Source of the DNA: Staphylococcus epidermidis
Lineage (GTDB): Bacteria; Bacillota_I; Bacilli_A; RFN20; CAG-826
Length of the DNA stretch: 64,000 bases
Reading direction: 5' to 3'
Assembly: GCA_945870555.1 (NCBI GenBank)
Contig: CAMBSI010000002.1
Coordinates: 14,486-78,485, forward strand
Part shown: one piece after another, positions 1-9,524 of the stretch
How positions within the stretch are numbered: position 1 is the first letter of the stretch
How the letters are laid out: each line of letters starts with the position of its first letter
Made by a program: the position numbers and the translations under genes
The notes under the pieces: model-generated
What the model was told of the DNA's origin: nothing
The model's database searches: none
What the model saw: only the letters and a program-made list of their open reading frames with translations

Positions 1-1208
1 TAGTCGTAAAGTCGTGTCAGTAAATGTGAAAGCGTTGATTTTCCCGAACCTGTTTTTCCCATGATGGCGACGGTTTCACCAGGTTTGATGGAAAGGTTAA
101 AGTTTTTAATAACGACTTCATCACTATCATCATAGTTAAATGACATATCTTTAAACTCGATGCCGCCTTTAATCGTTGGACGAATGCCAGATTCGATATC
201 TTCTAAGGGTTGATTTAGGATGATATTTAAACGATCAATGGATGCCATCGCTTGAGCTAAATTTGAAAGGGTCATCGCCACATCTCGGACTGGCCATACG
301 ACTTGACCTACGAATTGTAACGCCACCACAAATGTTCCCACAGATATATCACCCGTTACCGCAAGATAAACACCAAATACCGAGGTTAAGGCTATTTGAC
401 CGAATACCAAAATATCAGTAGAAGAAAAGAAGAAGGAACTCGTTAATCTCCACTTTATAAACTTTTTCTTGTAGTCTTTTAAATGATTTTTAAAATCTTC
501 GATTTCATATGTCTCATTGTTATAAGCCTTGACCAACCGGATACCGGAAAGGGTTTCTTCAATTTTAGCCGAAACCAGTCCATCACTATCTTCCGTGATT
601 TTAAAGAGTTTTCTAACCCTTTTGATTAAGGCAAAAGCATACAAGAACATGAAAGGAAGGACAATCGTACTTGATAATGCGATTTGCCATGAAACGGTCA
701 ACAAGATCGCAAAAGCAATTGTGGTAAGGAAAATGGTGTAGACAATTGAATTGACTTGTCTTACCAAGAAGTTGCGAACAATATCAAGGTCTTTGGTGCA
801 TGTCTGTATGAGATCGCCACTTTTATTTTTTTTGATGTAAGCATATGGAAGGCGTTCAATATGATAAAACAAGTCGAGTTGCAAGTCTCTTCCTAAGTTC
901 ACATCCATAAATCCTCGAATGAGAAGCCTAGAAAAGAACATCAAAGCACGAGATGCACCCAACAACAAGATGAACAAAGCCAATAACCACAAGTTGTCAC
1001 GAAGATAAGTTTGACCACCTAATAAACCGGTTAAAAATGTGTCAATCGGTCCAGAAGGTGCAACACCTTGTAACGTATCAACAAGAATTTTTGTTGAAAA
1101 GTTTGCCAATAACAAAAAGGTTAAAGCAAAGAAAAGGATTAAAAAAGACAACAAATAACGTTTTCGATAACCTTTTGTAAAGCGGTAAAGTAAAGTTAAG
1201 TATTTCAT
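1..1208 (-). CDS. ABC exporter, fused transmembrane + ATP-binding protein (MsbA/MdlB-like); 3' part cut by window edge
   Basis: Absent from the ORF track because there is no stop in the window. Reverse-strand ATG at 1208-1206. My translation reads MKYLTLLYRFTKGYRKRYLLSFL..., a hydrophobic multi-TM N-terminal part. In frame at 80-33 it reads GETVAIMGKTGSGKST (Walker A), about 377 codons in. Confidence 0.8.
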   Translation of the reverse strand, partial: MKYLTLLYRFTKGYRKRYLLSFLILFFALTFLLLANFSTKILVDTLQGVAPSGPIDTFLTGLLGGQTYLRDNLWLLALFILLLGASRALMFFSRLLIRGFMDVNLGRDLQLDLFYHIERLPYAYIKKNKSGDLIQTCTKDLDIVRNFLVRQVNSIVYTIFLTTIAFAILLTVSWQIALSSTIVLPFMFLYAFALIKRVRKLFKITEDSDGLVSAKIEETLSGIRLVKAYNNETYEIEDFKNHLKDYKKKFIKWRLTSSFFFSSTDILVFGQIALTSVFGVYLAVTGDISVGTFVVALQFVGQVVWPVRDVAMTLSNLAQAMASIDRLNIILNQPLEDIESGIRPTIKGGIEFKDMSFNYDDSDEVVIKNFNLSIKPGETVAIMGKTGSGKSTLSHLLTRLYD

Positions 1209-1319
1209 GGTGATTTGTTAACCGAGAATTATTATACAACTTTCAATAAAGCGATGAGCATAAATGCCCATTAATCGCATTTTATCAATGAAAATCCTTC
1301 ATAAGATAATGACTTCTTA

Positions 1320-1328
1320 TGCTATAAT
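1320..1328 (+). promoter_or_regulatory. Extended -10 promoter element (TGcTATAAT) upstream of the 1351 gene
   Basis: tgctataat at 1320-1328, 22 nt before the ATG at 1351. No obvious Shine-Dalgarno in between. Confidence 0.4.
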
Positions 1329-1350
1329 AACTCCGGTTATTTGATACCAT

Positions 1351-2685
1351 ATGGATACAAATATTTCGAATGAACTAACGCCTAAAAAAACGAACTCATC
1401 AAAGAAATACAAATACAATTTGATGATCCTCTTTTTTGTCGCTTTTGGTTTTACAGCGTTTACTTTATTTACAGACGGAAACTTAAACGATGTCATTCAA
1501 GCATTTTCTCAAGCAAATTTATGGGTCATTCTTCTCATTTTAGTCGTCATGGCATTTAATATTTTCTTTGAAGCTATCATTCTTTTTATATTAGCTAGAC
1601 TTTACACAACCCGTTACAATTTAAAAAAAGCATTAAATATCTTCTTTATTGGAGCATTCTTTTCTCACATTACGCCTTCTGCTTCGGGTGGTCAGTTTGC
1701 CCAAGCATATGCATTTAACAAACAAGGAATTGAAATTGCCAACGCAGCTTCTATCCTGGTGATGCATTTTTTACTTTCCCAAATTGCACAAATTATTTTT
1801 GGTTTAATTGCATTGCTATTTCGTTTAGAAAAGTTTTTGTCCATTACTGAAGTCGTTGAATTTGCAGGTTTATCTATACCGATCATTTATTTATCTCTAT
1901 TGGGTTTTTTAGTCAATTTTCTTGTCATTTTCTTTATATTTGCACTCGCAAAATCAAAATTTCTCCACAAAACCATCGTCAATGGGATTGTTGCCTTGCT
2001 TGGCAAACTCAAGTTATTAAAAGATGCAAATAAGGTCAAGGCAAATCTCCAAGTCCAAATTGAAAACTTTAGAATCGAAAGTAAACGCCTTGGATCAAAT
2101 ACCCCAGTAACGATTGTATTGCTCTTGTTATCTTTTTTAAGATTAACCCTTTCCTATTCCATTCCTTACTTATCGGCATTAGCATTACCAACGATTGACT
2201 TAAGCCAAACCAATTTCTTTGATGGTATTTTCATGACTGCTTACTTGAATGTGATCATTTATTTTGCTCCACTTCCAGGTTCGGTTGGTTTTTCTGAATT
2301 CTTTTTCTCTTATTTGTTTCAAAGTTTATTTGGTGGATATAGCCAAACGATTGCCCCTCAATTAATATGGCGTGGCGTTACATTTTATTTGACATTAATT
2401 CTTGGTGCAATCAGTGTTGTAGCATTTAGACTTGGTAACAAAGGAACCAATCTTGCGCAGGGTGGAGACGCCTTCGTTGAACTGCAAAAATCCACAATTG
2501 AAATTCGACGCCAAACTGCTGAAATGATGATGTCCACCGGCGAAATGTCAACCGTCAACATGAGCAATCGTTTTTCAAAGATGGCAAGAGATTTTTTTGG
2601 CTTTAAACGGAAAAAAGTAGATCGATATGGGAACATTATTCATACGGATGAAATTAAGAAAAAAGATCTAAAAGATAAAAAATAG
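1351..2685 (+). CDS. Flippase-like / lysylphosphatidylglycerol-synthase-TM-region family membrane protein (UPF0104-type)
   Basis: 444 aa polytopic membrane protein with an SASGGQFAQ-type motif and a basic cytoplasmic tail. Stop lies 2 nt before the glycosyltransferase start. Confidence 0.6.
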   Translation: MDTNISNELTPKKTNSSKKYKYNLMILFFVAFGFTAFTLFTDGNLNDVIQAFSQANLWVILLILVVMAFNIFFEAIILFILARLYTTRYNLKKALNIFFIGAFFSHITPSASGGQFAQAYAFNKQGIEIANAASILVMHFLLSQIAQIIFGLIALLFRLEKFLSITEVVEFAGLSIPIIYLSLLGFLVNFLVIFFIFALAKSKFLHKTIVNGIVALLGKLKLLKDANKVKANLQVQIENFRIESKRLGSNTPVTIVLLLLSFLRLTLSYSIPYLSALALPTIDLSQTNFFDGIFMTAYLNVIIYFAPLPGSVGFSEFFFSYLFQSLFGGYSQTIAPQLIWRGVTFYLTLILGAISVVAFRLGNKGTNLAQGGDAFVELQKSTIEIRRQTAEMMMSTGEMSTVNMSNRFSKMARDFFGFKRKKVDRYGNIIHTDEIKKKDLKDKK

Positions 2686-2687
2686 TC

Positions 2688-3851
2688 ATGAAAATAGCAC
2701 TTTTTAGTGATACCTTTCCTCCCGAAATCAACGGTGTTTCCGTCAGTGTCGGATTACATCAGAAAGTTTTATCTGACCAAGGTCATCAAGTCTTAGTCAT
2801 CACGACAAATCCCTTCGGGAAAAAGACCGATATTCAAGACGGCATGATTCGCATTCCTGGGGTTGAATTAAAGAAACTTTATGGATATCGTTTGTCGAGT
2901 TTCTTTAATGCAAAGGCTTTTCAATTTATTCGCAAATGGAAACCCGATATCATCCATATTCACACGGATGCAGGCATTGGTATTTTTGGTAAAATTACTG
3001 CATTCTTTTTAAAATTACCAACGGTTGTAACCTATCATACGATGTATGAGGATTACACGCATTATGCTGGTTTCTTCAAAGGTTTAGCTGCAAAAGTGGT
3101 TAAGCAATTTTCCCGGTCTATTGCCGAGCAATGTACGGAATTTATTTCTCCTTCCAGTAAAACGAAAGACAAGATTAGAAGTTATGGTGTCAATCGGTTC
3201 ATTAACATCGTTCCAACTGGTATTGATTTCTCTCGATTTAAAAAAGAGAATTTGAATTTAGAACAACTTGAAAAGATTAGAAATAAATGGGTTTTGCCAG
3301 GTGAAAAAGTTCTGTTGTCTTTGGGACGAGTAGCAAAAGAAAAGAGCATGGATTTAATCATTCAAGGTTTTAAGGAATATTTGAATTCCAATCCTCAACC
3401 TGTACGTCTATTAATGGTAGGAGATGGACCTGATCGGCACTCTTTAGTAGAATTGACTAAAAATCTTGGCATCGAAAAACACGTAAGTTTTGTTGGGTCT
3501 GTACCGATTCAAGAAGTTCCATTTTTTTATCAAATCGCTGATGTTTTTGTCTCAGCAAGTTTGACCGAAACCCAAGGTTTAACCTTTATGGAAGCGATGG
3601 CATCTGACCGATTTGTTTTATGCCGATATGATGAAAATCTTGCTGAGTTAATTCGTCATCAAGTAACTGGTTTTATCTTTAGTGATGCTGGGGATTTTGC
3701 TAGACAAGTCCAAACCATATTTTCATTACCATCACTAAAACAAACCCAAATTAAACAAGCCTTGGCACTTGCGGTGAATCAATACTCATTGCCGCATTTC
3801 TATCAAAATCTAATAGAGGTATATCAACGTGCCACAAGGCAATACTGGTAA
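2688..3851 (+). CDS. GT4-family glycosyltransferase, monoglucosyl-diacylglycerol synthase-like (glycolipid synthesis)
   Basis: 387 aa. N-terminus MKIALFSDTFPPEINGVSVSV and C-terminal LTETQGLTFMEAMA (E-x7-E region) are typical of GT4 / MGS-type enzymes. Confidence 0.75.
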   Translation: MKIALFSDTFPPEINGVSVSVGLHQKVLSDQGHQVLVITTNPFGKKTDIQDGMIRIPGVELKKLYGYRLSSFFNAKAFQFIRKWKPDIIHIHTDAGIGIFGKITAFFLKLPTVVTYHTMYEDYTHYAGFFKGLAAKVVKQFSRSIAEQCTEFISPSSKTKDKIRSYGVNRFINIVPTGIDFSRFKKENLNLEQLEKIRNKWVLPGEKVLLSLGRVAKEKSMDLIIQGFKEYLNSNPQPVRLLMVGDGPDRHSLVELTKNLGIEKHVSFVGSVPIQEVPFFYQIADVFVSASLTETQGLTFMEAMASDRFVLCRYDENLAELIRHQVTGFIFSDAGDFARQVQTIFSLPSLKQTQIKQALALAVNQYSLPHFYQNLIEVYQRATRQYW

Positions 3852-4629
3852 AATCATCGAGACGATTGTTTATAAGAAAAAGAAGATTCATATCCATTTT
3901 TCTTCTGGTGAATCCGTCATCGTCACACCTGACCAATATACCCAACAATACTTTTATGTTGGAAAAGTTATTGATTCCAATACATACAATCAAATTGTCA
4001 CCGCAAGTGAAAATCAACCTTTTATTGATTATGGGTTTCGTCTATTAAGTAAAGGCCGATACACCGAATACCAAGTTCGGGAAAAACTCTATAAGCGTAA
4101 GGCAATTAAACCTCAAGTCGACCTCGTGATTGATCGTTTAAAGCAAGCTCATTTAATCGATGACCAAACCTTAATGATTGATTGGGTGAACCATTACCAA
4201 AAAAAAGGTTTTGGTTTTCGCGTGATAAAGCAAAAGTTAATTGAAAAGGGAATTGCTTCGGCAAAAATAGAAACCATCAACCTTGATATAAACCTTCAAA
4301 AAGAATCCTTGCGACTGTTGATTGATCAATTGAGTAAAAAATATAGTCGGCTGAGTCAACGACAAAAGAAAGAAAAAATGACGCAAGCTTTGATGGTGAG
4401 AGGATTTGATTCAAAAGATTTTGTCTTGTTGATTGAAGCATTACCTCAGCAAACGGAAGCAGAAGAAACTTTGAATCTCGAGATTGCTTATCAAAAGGCA
4501 GTAAGAATGTTTTCCAGAAGATTTGAGGGTCATGAATTTCAAGAGAAAGTCATTAACTTTCTGCTTCGTAAGGGCTATAATTATGCCAATATTAGAAGAA
4601 AGTTAAAGGAGTCCTCTCATGTTGATTAA
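3829..4629 (+). CDS. recX: Recombination regulator RecX
   Basis: 266 aa, Firmicute-length RecX with repeated helical modules (YTEYQVREKLYKRK...). GTG start at 3829 with agagg 9 nt upstream. Overlaps the upstream gene by 23 nt. Confidence 0.7.
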   Translation: MPQGNTGKIIETIVYKKKKIHIHFSSGESVIVTPDQYTQQYFYVGKVIDSNTYNQIVTASENQPFIDYGFRLLSKGRYTEYQVREKLYKRKAIKPQVDLVIDRLKQAHLIDDQTLMIDWVNHYQKKGFGFRVIKQKLIEKGIASAKIETINLDINLQKESLRLLIDQLSKKYSRLSQRQKKEKMTQALMVRGFDSKDFVLLIEALPQQTEAEETLNLEIAYQKAVRMFSRRFEGHEFQEKVINFLLRKGYNYANIRRKLKESSHVD

Positions 4630-5548
4630 AGATTTTAAAGATGGTCAATCCATTCGCCAAGCTTTTTTGGTGAGTCAAGTTAGCAAAGGTTTAACGGCAT
4701 CAGGACAACCTTATTTAACCATTCAATTACAAGACAAATCCGGGCAAATTGAAGCTAAATTTTGGGATGTGAAACCCGAAATTGAATCGCTGATTGACGT
4801 TGGCGCTTTTTTACATGTTGACGGAGATATTGCTGCTTATCGGCAAATGTTACAAATCCGGGTTAACCAAATTCAACGCTTGAATCCTGATTCAGTCAAT
4901 CTTGAAGACTTTACGATGACCGCACCCGTTCCATTAAAAACGATGGAAGCAGAATTAGCAAAGGTGATGTCTAAAATCGTCGATAAAGATTACCTCATCA
5001 TCACCAAGACCTTAATTCAGCAATCCTATGACGCCTTTATTACTTATCCAGCAGCGGTTCGAAACCACCATGAATACACGTCGGGCCTTCTTTACCATAC
5101 GCTTTCGATGATCAAAGTTGCAGAATCGCTTATGCCTCTATACCCCAAACTCAATGCCGATCTCATTTATTCAGGGATTTTACTGCATGACTTAGGTAAG
5201 ACGATTGAATTTACAGGTGCTGTGATTCCCAAATACAGCGTTGAAGGAAAGCTCATTGGACACCTTCAATACATGGGCGCAAAAATTCAAGCATTGGGTG
5301 AAAACCTAAAAATTGATCGTGAAAAAGTGATGCTTCTACAACATATTGTTTTGGCGCACCATGGAAAACCTGAATTTGGTAGCAGTGTCATGCCTCTGAC
5401 CAAAGAGGCCTTATTTGTTCATATGGTCGATGATTTTGATGCAAAGATGACGATGATGGATAAAGCATTAGATCAAACCGAATCCGGACAATTTACCAAT
5501 CGCATTTTTGCTTTGGATGACCGTAGTTTTTATAAATCCAAAAAGTAG
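4619..5548 (+). CDS. yhaM: 3'-5' exoribonuclease YhaM (OB-fold + HD domain)
   Basis: 309 aa. N-terminal OB region (LQDKSGQIEAKFWD) plus HD domain (LLHDLGK, HHGKPEFGS). aaggag RBS at 4604-4609. Confidence 0.85.
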   Translation: MLIKDFKDGQSIRQAFLVSQVSKGLTASGQPYLTIQLQDKSGQIEAKFWDVKPEIESLIDVGAFLHVDGDIAAYRQMLQIRVNQIQRLNPDSVNLEDFTMTAPVPLKTMEAELAKVMSKIVDKDYLIITKTLIQQSYDAFITYPAAVRNHHEYTSGLLYHTLSMIKVAESLMPLYPKLNADLIYSGILLHDLGKTIEFTGAVIPKYSVEGKLIGHLQYMGAKIQALGENLKIDREKVMLLQHIVLAHHGKPEFGSSVMPLTKEALFVHMVDDFDAKMTMMDKALDQTESGQFTNRIFALDDRSFYKSKK

Positions 5549-5550
5549 TT

Positions 5551-5976
5551 TTATTTCTTAGCAGGCAAAGACGCTTTAAGGGTTTGCGCAATTTGTGGCA
5601 AATTCAATGTCATTTTCTTTGTATTTTCTAGCATTTCGATTCGTAAACGATCGGTTGGTAAATATCGTGGGATGACGTGAACATGAAAGTGAAAAACACT
5701 TTGACCAGCAGCCCGCATGGCATTGGAAAGGATATTGACTCCTTTTGCTCCCAAACTTTGGACTTGGGCTTGGCCAATCCGTTGAGCAACATGCATAACC
5801 TGATTCACCACATCTTGAGGTGTGTTTAAAAAGTGCTCATGATGGGCTTTCGGCATCACAAGTGAATGCCCATTGGTGGTTTGGTTAATATCAAGAATCG
5901 CTAAAACGAATTCATCTTCATAAATGCGATGACTCGGAATGTTGCCTTCAATGATCTGACAAAAGATACAATCCAT
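5551..5976 (-). CDS. hinT: HIT-family (histidine triad) nucleotide hydrolase
   Basis: 141 aa with the HFHVHVIPR histidine triad. ggagga RBS just upstream. Confidence 0.85.
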   Translation of the reverse strand: MDCIFCQIIEGNIPSHRIYEDEFVLAILDINQTTNGHSLVMPKAHHEHFLNTPQDVVNQVMHVAQRIGQAQVQSLGAKGVNILSNAMRAAGQSVFHFHVHVIPRYLPTDRLRIEMLENTKKMTLNLPQIAQTLKASLPAKK

Positions 5977-5988
5977 GTTAATTCCTCC

Positions 5989-6018
5989 AAAAAAAAATAA
6001 GGAGATTTCTCTCCTTAT
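5989..6018 (-). terminator. Rho-independent terminator after the lipoprotein operon
   Basis: ataaggaga / tctccttat stem with a 4-nt loop (5997-6018), followed on the minus strand by a 9-T run (plus-strand A run 5989-5997). Confidence 0.7.
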
Positions 6019-6042
6019 TTTATCATGGATAATCTTGAATGA

Positions 6043-7620
6043 TTATGCTGCGGTATTGTTTTCTTCGTCGTATAAGGTAGGGAAACGATCTTTAAAGAAA
6101 TCATAAATCGTTTGATCATGGAAGTTAAGTTCGGCAAGTTTTAACCAGTGGAGATTACTTGCATTGATACTTGCTTCACGAGTCCCAATGATTTTTGCAA
6201 TTTCACTTGCAATCAATTCTCTTTTTTCGCCACCATCATCTTCAATCGCATCATAGTTGGTTGTCGAGGTTTCAGAAGCGTTCATTTTGGTCGTATTGAC
6301 GGCTTCTAAAATTTGAACGATGTAATAGGTGGTGCTATTTGCATCATATAAGAGGAAGTTACGATCATCATTTTGTTGAGAAGTTTGTGGGATTAAGTAA
6401 CTGACACCATTAATTTTTCTAATAAAGTCAGATGTTTCAGGATTTTCGACATTATCGGTTTCATCATCAATACGATCGATTGCGTTTGCAACGCCAATAT
6501 TGAAGACACGGTCACGAATCGATGCAGGTAATGAACCTAAGCCACCGTTTTTAATGTGCCAGCCATCGGTCGTAAAGTCACGTTTGGATAATTCGTTACG
6601 TTTAATTTCTAAACCAACTTCTGGTACATATTGACCATTGCCAGTAAATTCACTTTCAACCGTTTTATCTGTCAAAAGAGGATTTTGAGGATTAATTTTT
6701 TCAGCACGTTCTAAGATTTCACCATATAAGGTGTTATTAAAGCTTTCACTAGCAAGACCTGCATCAGCTAATAAATTCAACTCCGGAGAACCATTTGCAA
6801 AGGTATAACCTCTGTCTTCTGCACCTTCGCTTGTATCAACACCTCTCCAAGCCCTTGCCAATAGTTCAAGGTTGGCAATTGGTTCAGCATTGTCATCTAA
6901 AATGTATTGATCAATAAAAGTATCCATTAAGTATTTCGCCGATTCAGGATTTTCAGAAGACACTTTCAAGGCAACATAGTTAACCTTACGAGCGTAGCTT
7001 CTACCTAAAGAAGAATAGTCTTCTTGTAATAAGTATTCTTCGACTAATAATTCACGATAGATTTTTGGAATGAGACTTTCACGGATAAACGTTTGGTAGT
7101 ATTCAAGGTGAATCGCATCTTCAAGCACTGAACCGGATTGAATATCTTCCGTGTTTCTTGGTGGAAACACAAAATCAACCGTCCAAGGGTCAGCTTCATT
7201 GCGATCTAAAGGATAAAGTTGTTTTTCAATTGAAAATGCAAAACGTTCTTCAGAGAATAAATTACGGGTTTCAAATTGACCAGATGCAATCAAATCATAC
7301 ATTTTTTGATTCACTCGGCGTTCAATTTTTTCAACAAGCGAAACATCATCTGCATTGGCAGATGCTAATAGATCTTCATAAGTTCCTAAACGGTCTTCCG
7401 CAATCAAAAACATCACATCTTCTAAAGTTTTTTGAGTTAGGTTACCGCCATCGCGTAGCGCATCATAGACAACGGAGTTGACGTTTTTTTCTAATTCTGT
7501 GACAAGGCCATTCAAAATGTTTCCTTCTTGATCAGTTGGACTAATGGTGATTTCTGAACATCCCACCAGTAATACAGCACTTAACGCAATCGCGGTAAGT
7601 TTGAACTTATTGTTGAACAT
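6043..7620 (-). CDS. Lipoprotein, PrsA/SurA-like with a degenerate parvulin region
   Basis: Start taken at the internal ATG 7620, with aggagg at 7628-7633. Signal peptide MFNNKFKLTAIALSAVLLVGC contains a lipobox. The longer track ORF (to 7686) would overlap the upstream gene further and lacks a signal peptide. Confidence 0.6.
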   Translation of the reverse strand: MFNNKFKLTAIALSAVLLVGCSEITISPTDQEGNILNGLVTELEKNVNSVVYDALRDGGNLTQKTLEDVMFLIAEDRLGTYEDLLASANADDVSLVEKIERRVNQKMYDLIASGQFETRNLFSEERFAFSIEKQLYPLDRNEADPWTVDFVFPPRNTEDIQSGSVLEDAIHLEYYQTFIRESLIPKIYRELLVEEYLLQEDYSSLGRSYARKVNYVALKVSSENPESAKYLMDTFIDQYILDDNAEPIANLELLARAWRGVDTSEGAEDRGYTFANGSPELNLLADAGLASESFNNTLYGEILERAEKINPQNPLLTDKTVESEFTGNGQYVPEVGLEIKRNELSKRDFTTDGWHIKNGGLGSLPASIRDRVFNIGVANAIDRIDDETDNVENPETSDFIRKINGVSYLIPQTSQQNDDRNFLLYDANSTTYYIVQILEAVNTTKMNASETSTTNYDAIEDDGGEKRELIASEIAKIIGTREASINASNLHWLKLAELNFHDQTIYDFFKDRFPTLYDEENNTAA

Positions 7621-9316
7621 AGCAGATTCCTCCTTGCGTAAACAAGCCACCATCGTTGGTAAGATATGCATGGGCACAATCTTCATCGATGAGACGTTGA
7701 CGTTGGAATTCTTGGTATTCTAGGAATTCAATATATGTATTCCAAGTATTGGTGTCTTGTAGATTTTGATCAAAGGTGGCACTGCGTCTTGTGACATCCA
7801 TATAAGATAAAACGGCATCTTCTAAGGATTCATCAACAAATGTAACTTCTTGTTCGGCAATTAATTGTTCTAACATACGGAAGTTAAAGAAACGATCGAA
7901 ATTGCGAATTTCACTCTTTACTGTTTCCGAACGTGTTTTATAGTTTGCAGTTGTGGTCACATTATAATTAACAAAGGTGATTAATTCAGTTTCTGAAAAT
8001 TCGCCAGTTCCTTTAGGATAATCTGGGTTGCCAGGAATTTCTGTGGTGTAATAGTCTTCAAGTGAGACATCATTTTGAACACTTATTAATGCAGAACGTT
8101 CCACGACGATAAAGTGAATACCTTGGTAACCACTTTCACCGCTACCAGTACCAGCCCGAACCACAAGAATGACTTTACCATTTTCATCGGTCAAAACGGT
8201 TTCATCATCAAGCTCTGGAACCTGACGGAAACCATCGGATTCAATTGTTCCACCTTCTAATGTTTCAGGCGTGATCACCGAAATATTATGGCGATTAAAA
8301 TATTGATTAAAAATAATGTTGCGTGGGAAGTAAAGGGCATCATTGTTATTAACAGGGTTGCCATCTTCATCTCGCGTCACATCTGCATAATCATTGAGCG
8401 ATTCAAACGCATGGAAAGGAATCGTTCCTAAACCAAGTTCTTGAAAGGCGGTGATTGCTTCTGCTGGCACATTAAGGTCTTCAGCGTTATCTTGAACTTC
8501 TTCAACTTCATTAAAGACCGCGTCAAAAGCGTAAACGCCTAATTTAAATTCATTAACAAAACTAGTCGCTTTAGACATGATGCCTAAATCACCAAATTGT
8601 TCTTTGGATCCATCTTCGCTCATTTCGCGGGCGATTTCTCCAAACGTTTCACCATTTCTTTGTAAACTTAATCGGTTTGCAACGCCATATAATTTCTTAG
8701 CTTCTGCTTCGGTAATTCTTCCATTATATAGATCGCTTCCAGCAGCAGACACTTTAACTAAAATATGCTTAACATGGTAAGGTAACCGTTCATTAAGGTA
8801 GCCAGGTCCAAAATCATCACCAAGTAAAAAACTATCTTGATTGTCTTCAAAAAAACGGTCTTCGACTTCTTGCTTCATGGTCCGATAAGCAAAATAATCT
8901 TGAAGTTCAGTTAAATCCTCTACATTATAGGAATCCAATAACGTTTGTAATTCATCGTTATAATTCGTTCCATTTGTGTTGGCATTGGTACGGGCAGTTT
9001 CTTTAACACCATCGACACTAATTTCAGCTTTTCGTGTAATTTCAGCTTTTAAAGCTTGTGAGGCTGCATCTTCTTGATTAATTTGATTCCGGATCACCAA
9101 TTCAGAGACCGCTTCAATAAAGCGTGAGACCCCAAATTCGTTTTCGCGGTACTGACCAAATAGTGCATCGGCATCATAACCGGTGACAACACCATCTTTG
9201 TCCTTCATCGTAATTAAAAAACCATCGGTGTTTTCAGTCACAGGATTAGTGCATGCACTTAAAGTGACAAGCGTTACCAACGCAAAGGATGCGAAGGCCA
9301 ATTTTGTACGATTCAT
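7607..9316 (-). CDS. prsA: Lipoprotein with parvulin-type peptidyl-prolyl isomerase domain (PrsA-like foldase)
   Basis: 569 aa. MNRTKLAFASFALVTLVTLSAC lipobox. Parvulin hallmarks: YHVKHILVKV ... FGEIAREMSEDGSKEQFGDLG ... GYQGIHFIVVE. Confidence 0.65.
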   Translation of the reverse strand: MNRTKLAFASFALVTLVTLSACTNPVTENTDGFLITMKDKDGVVTGYDADALFGQYRENEFGVSRFIEAVSELVIRNQINQEDAASQALKAEITRKAEISVDGVKETARTNANTNGTNYNDELQTLLDSYNVEDLTELQDYFAYRTMKQEVEDRFFEDNQDSFLLGDDFGPGYLNERLPYHVKHILVKVSAAGSDLYNGRITEAEAKKLYGVANRLSLQRNGETFGEIAREMSEDGSKEQFGDLGIMSKATSFVNEFKLGVYAFDAVFNEVEEVQDNAEDLNVPAEAITAFQELGLGTIPFHAFESLNDYADVTRDEDGNPVNNNDALYFPRNIIFNQYFNRHNISVITPETLEGGTIESDGFRQVPELDDETVLTDENGKVILVVRAGTGSGESGYQGIHFIVVERSALISVQNDVSLEDYYTTEIPGNPDYPKGTGEFSETELITFVNYNVTTTANYKTRSETVKSEIRNFDRFFNFRMLEQLIAEQEVTFVDESLEDAVLSYMDVTRRSATFDQNLQDTNTWNTYIEFLEYQEFQRQRLIDEDCAHAYLTNDGGLFTQGGICYVQQ

Positions 9317-9350
9317 TTCTTAAGAATCCTCCTAGCAATAAAGCATAGTT

Positions 9351-9379
9351 ATTTTATTATTTTATGAGGTCATATTCAA
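9351..9379 (-). promoter_or_regulatory. Sigma-A-type promoter for the PrsA-like lipoprotein operon
   Basis: Minus strand reads TTGAAT (9379-9374), a 17-nt spacer, then TAAAAT (9356-9351). This is followed by a ~34-nt leader with aggagg. Confidence 0.45.
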
Positions 9380-9524
9380 CAAATATCTAATTATTTTGTT
9401 TGAATAAGTATTCCATTTGGTGAATAAACGATAAAATAAGCAAAATAACAGCAAAAATATAATATCATAATGTTTGAGGATTCTACGAAAATAACGTAAA
9501 ATAATCGATTGAAGGAGAAAAAAT

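Noticed and set aside
529-741. 70-aa plus-strand ORF
   Set aside because: It lies antisense within the well-supported ABC exporter gene (1-1208, minus) and has no RBS.
9317-9524. AT-rich 208-bp divergent spacer near gidA/parAB as a possible replication origin
   Set aside because: No DnaA-box-like TTATCCACA motifs are visible and no dnaA or dnaN is nearby. The region is adequately explained by two divergent promoters.
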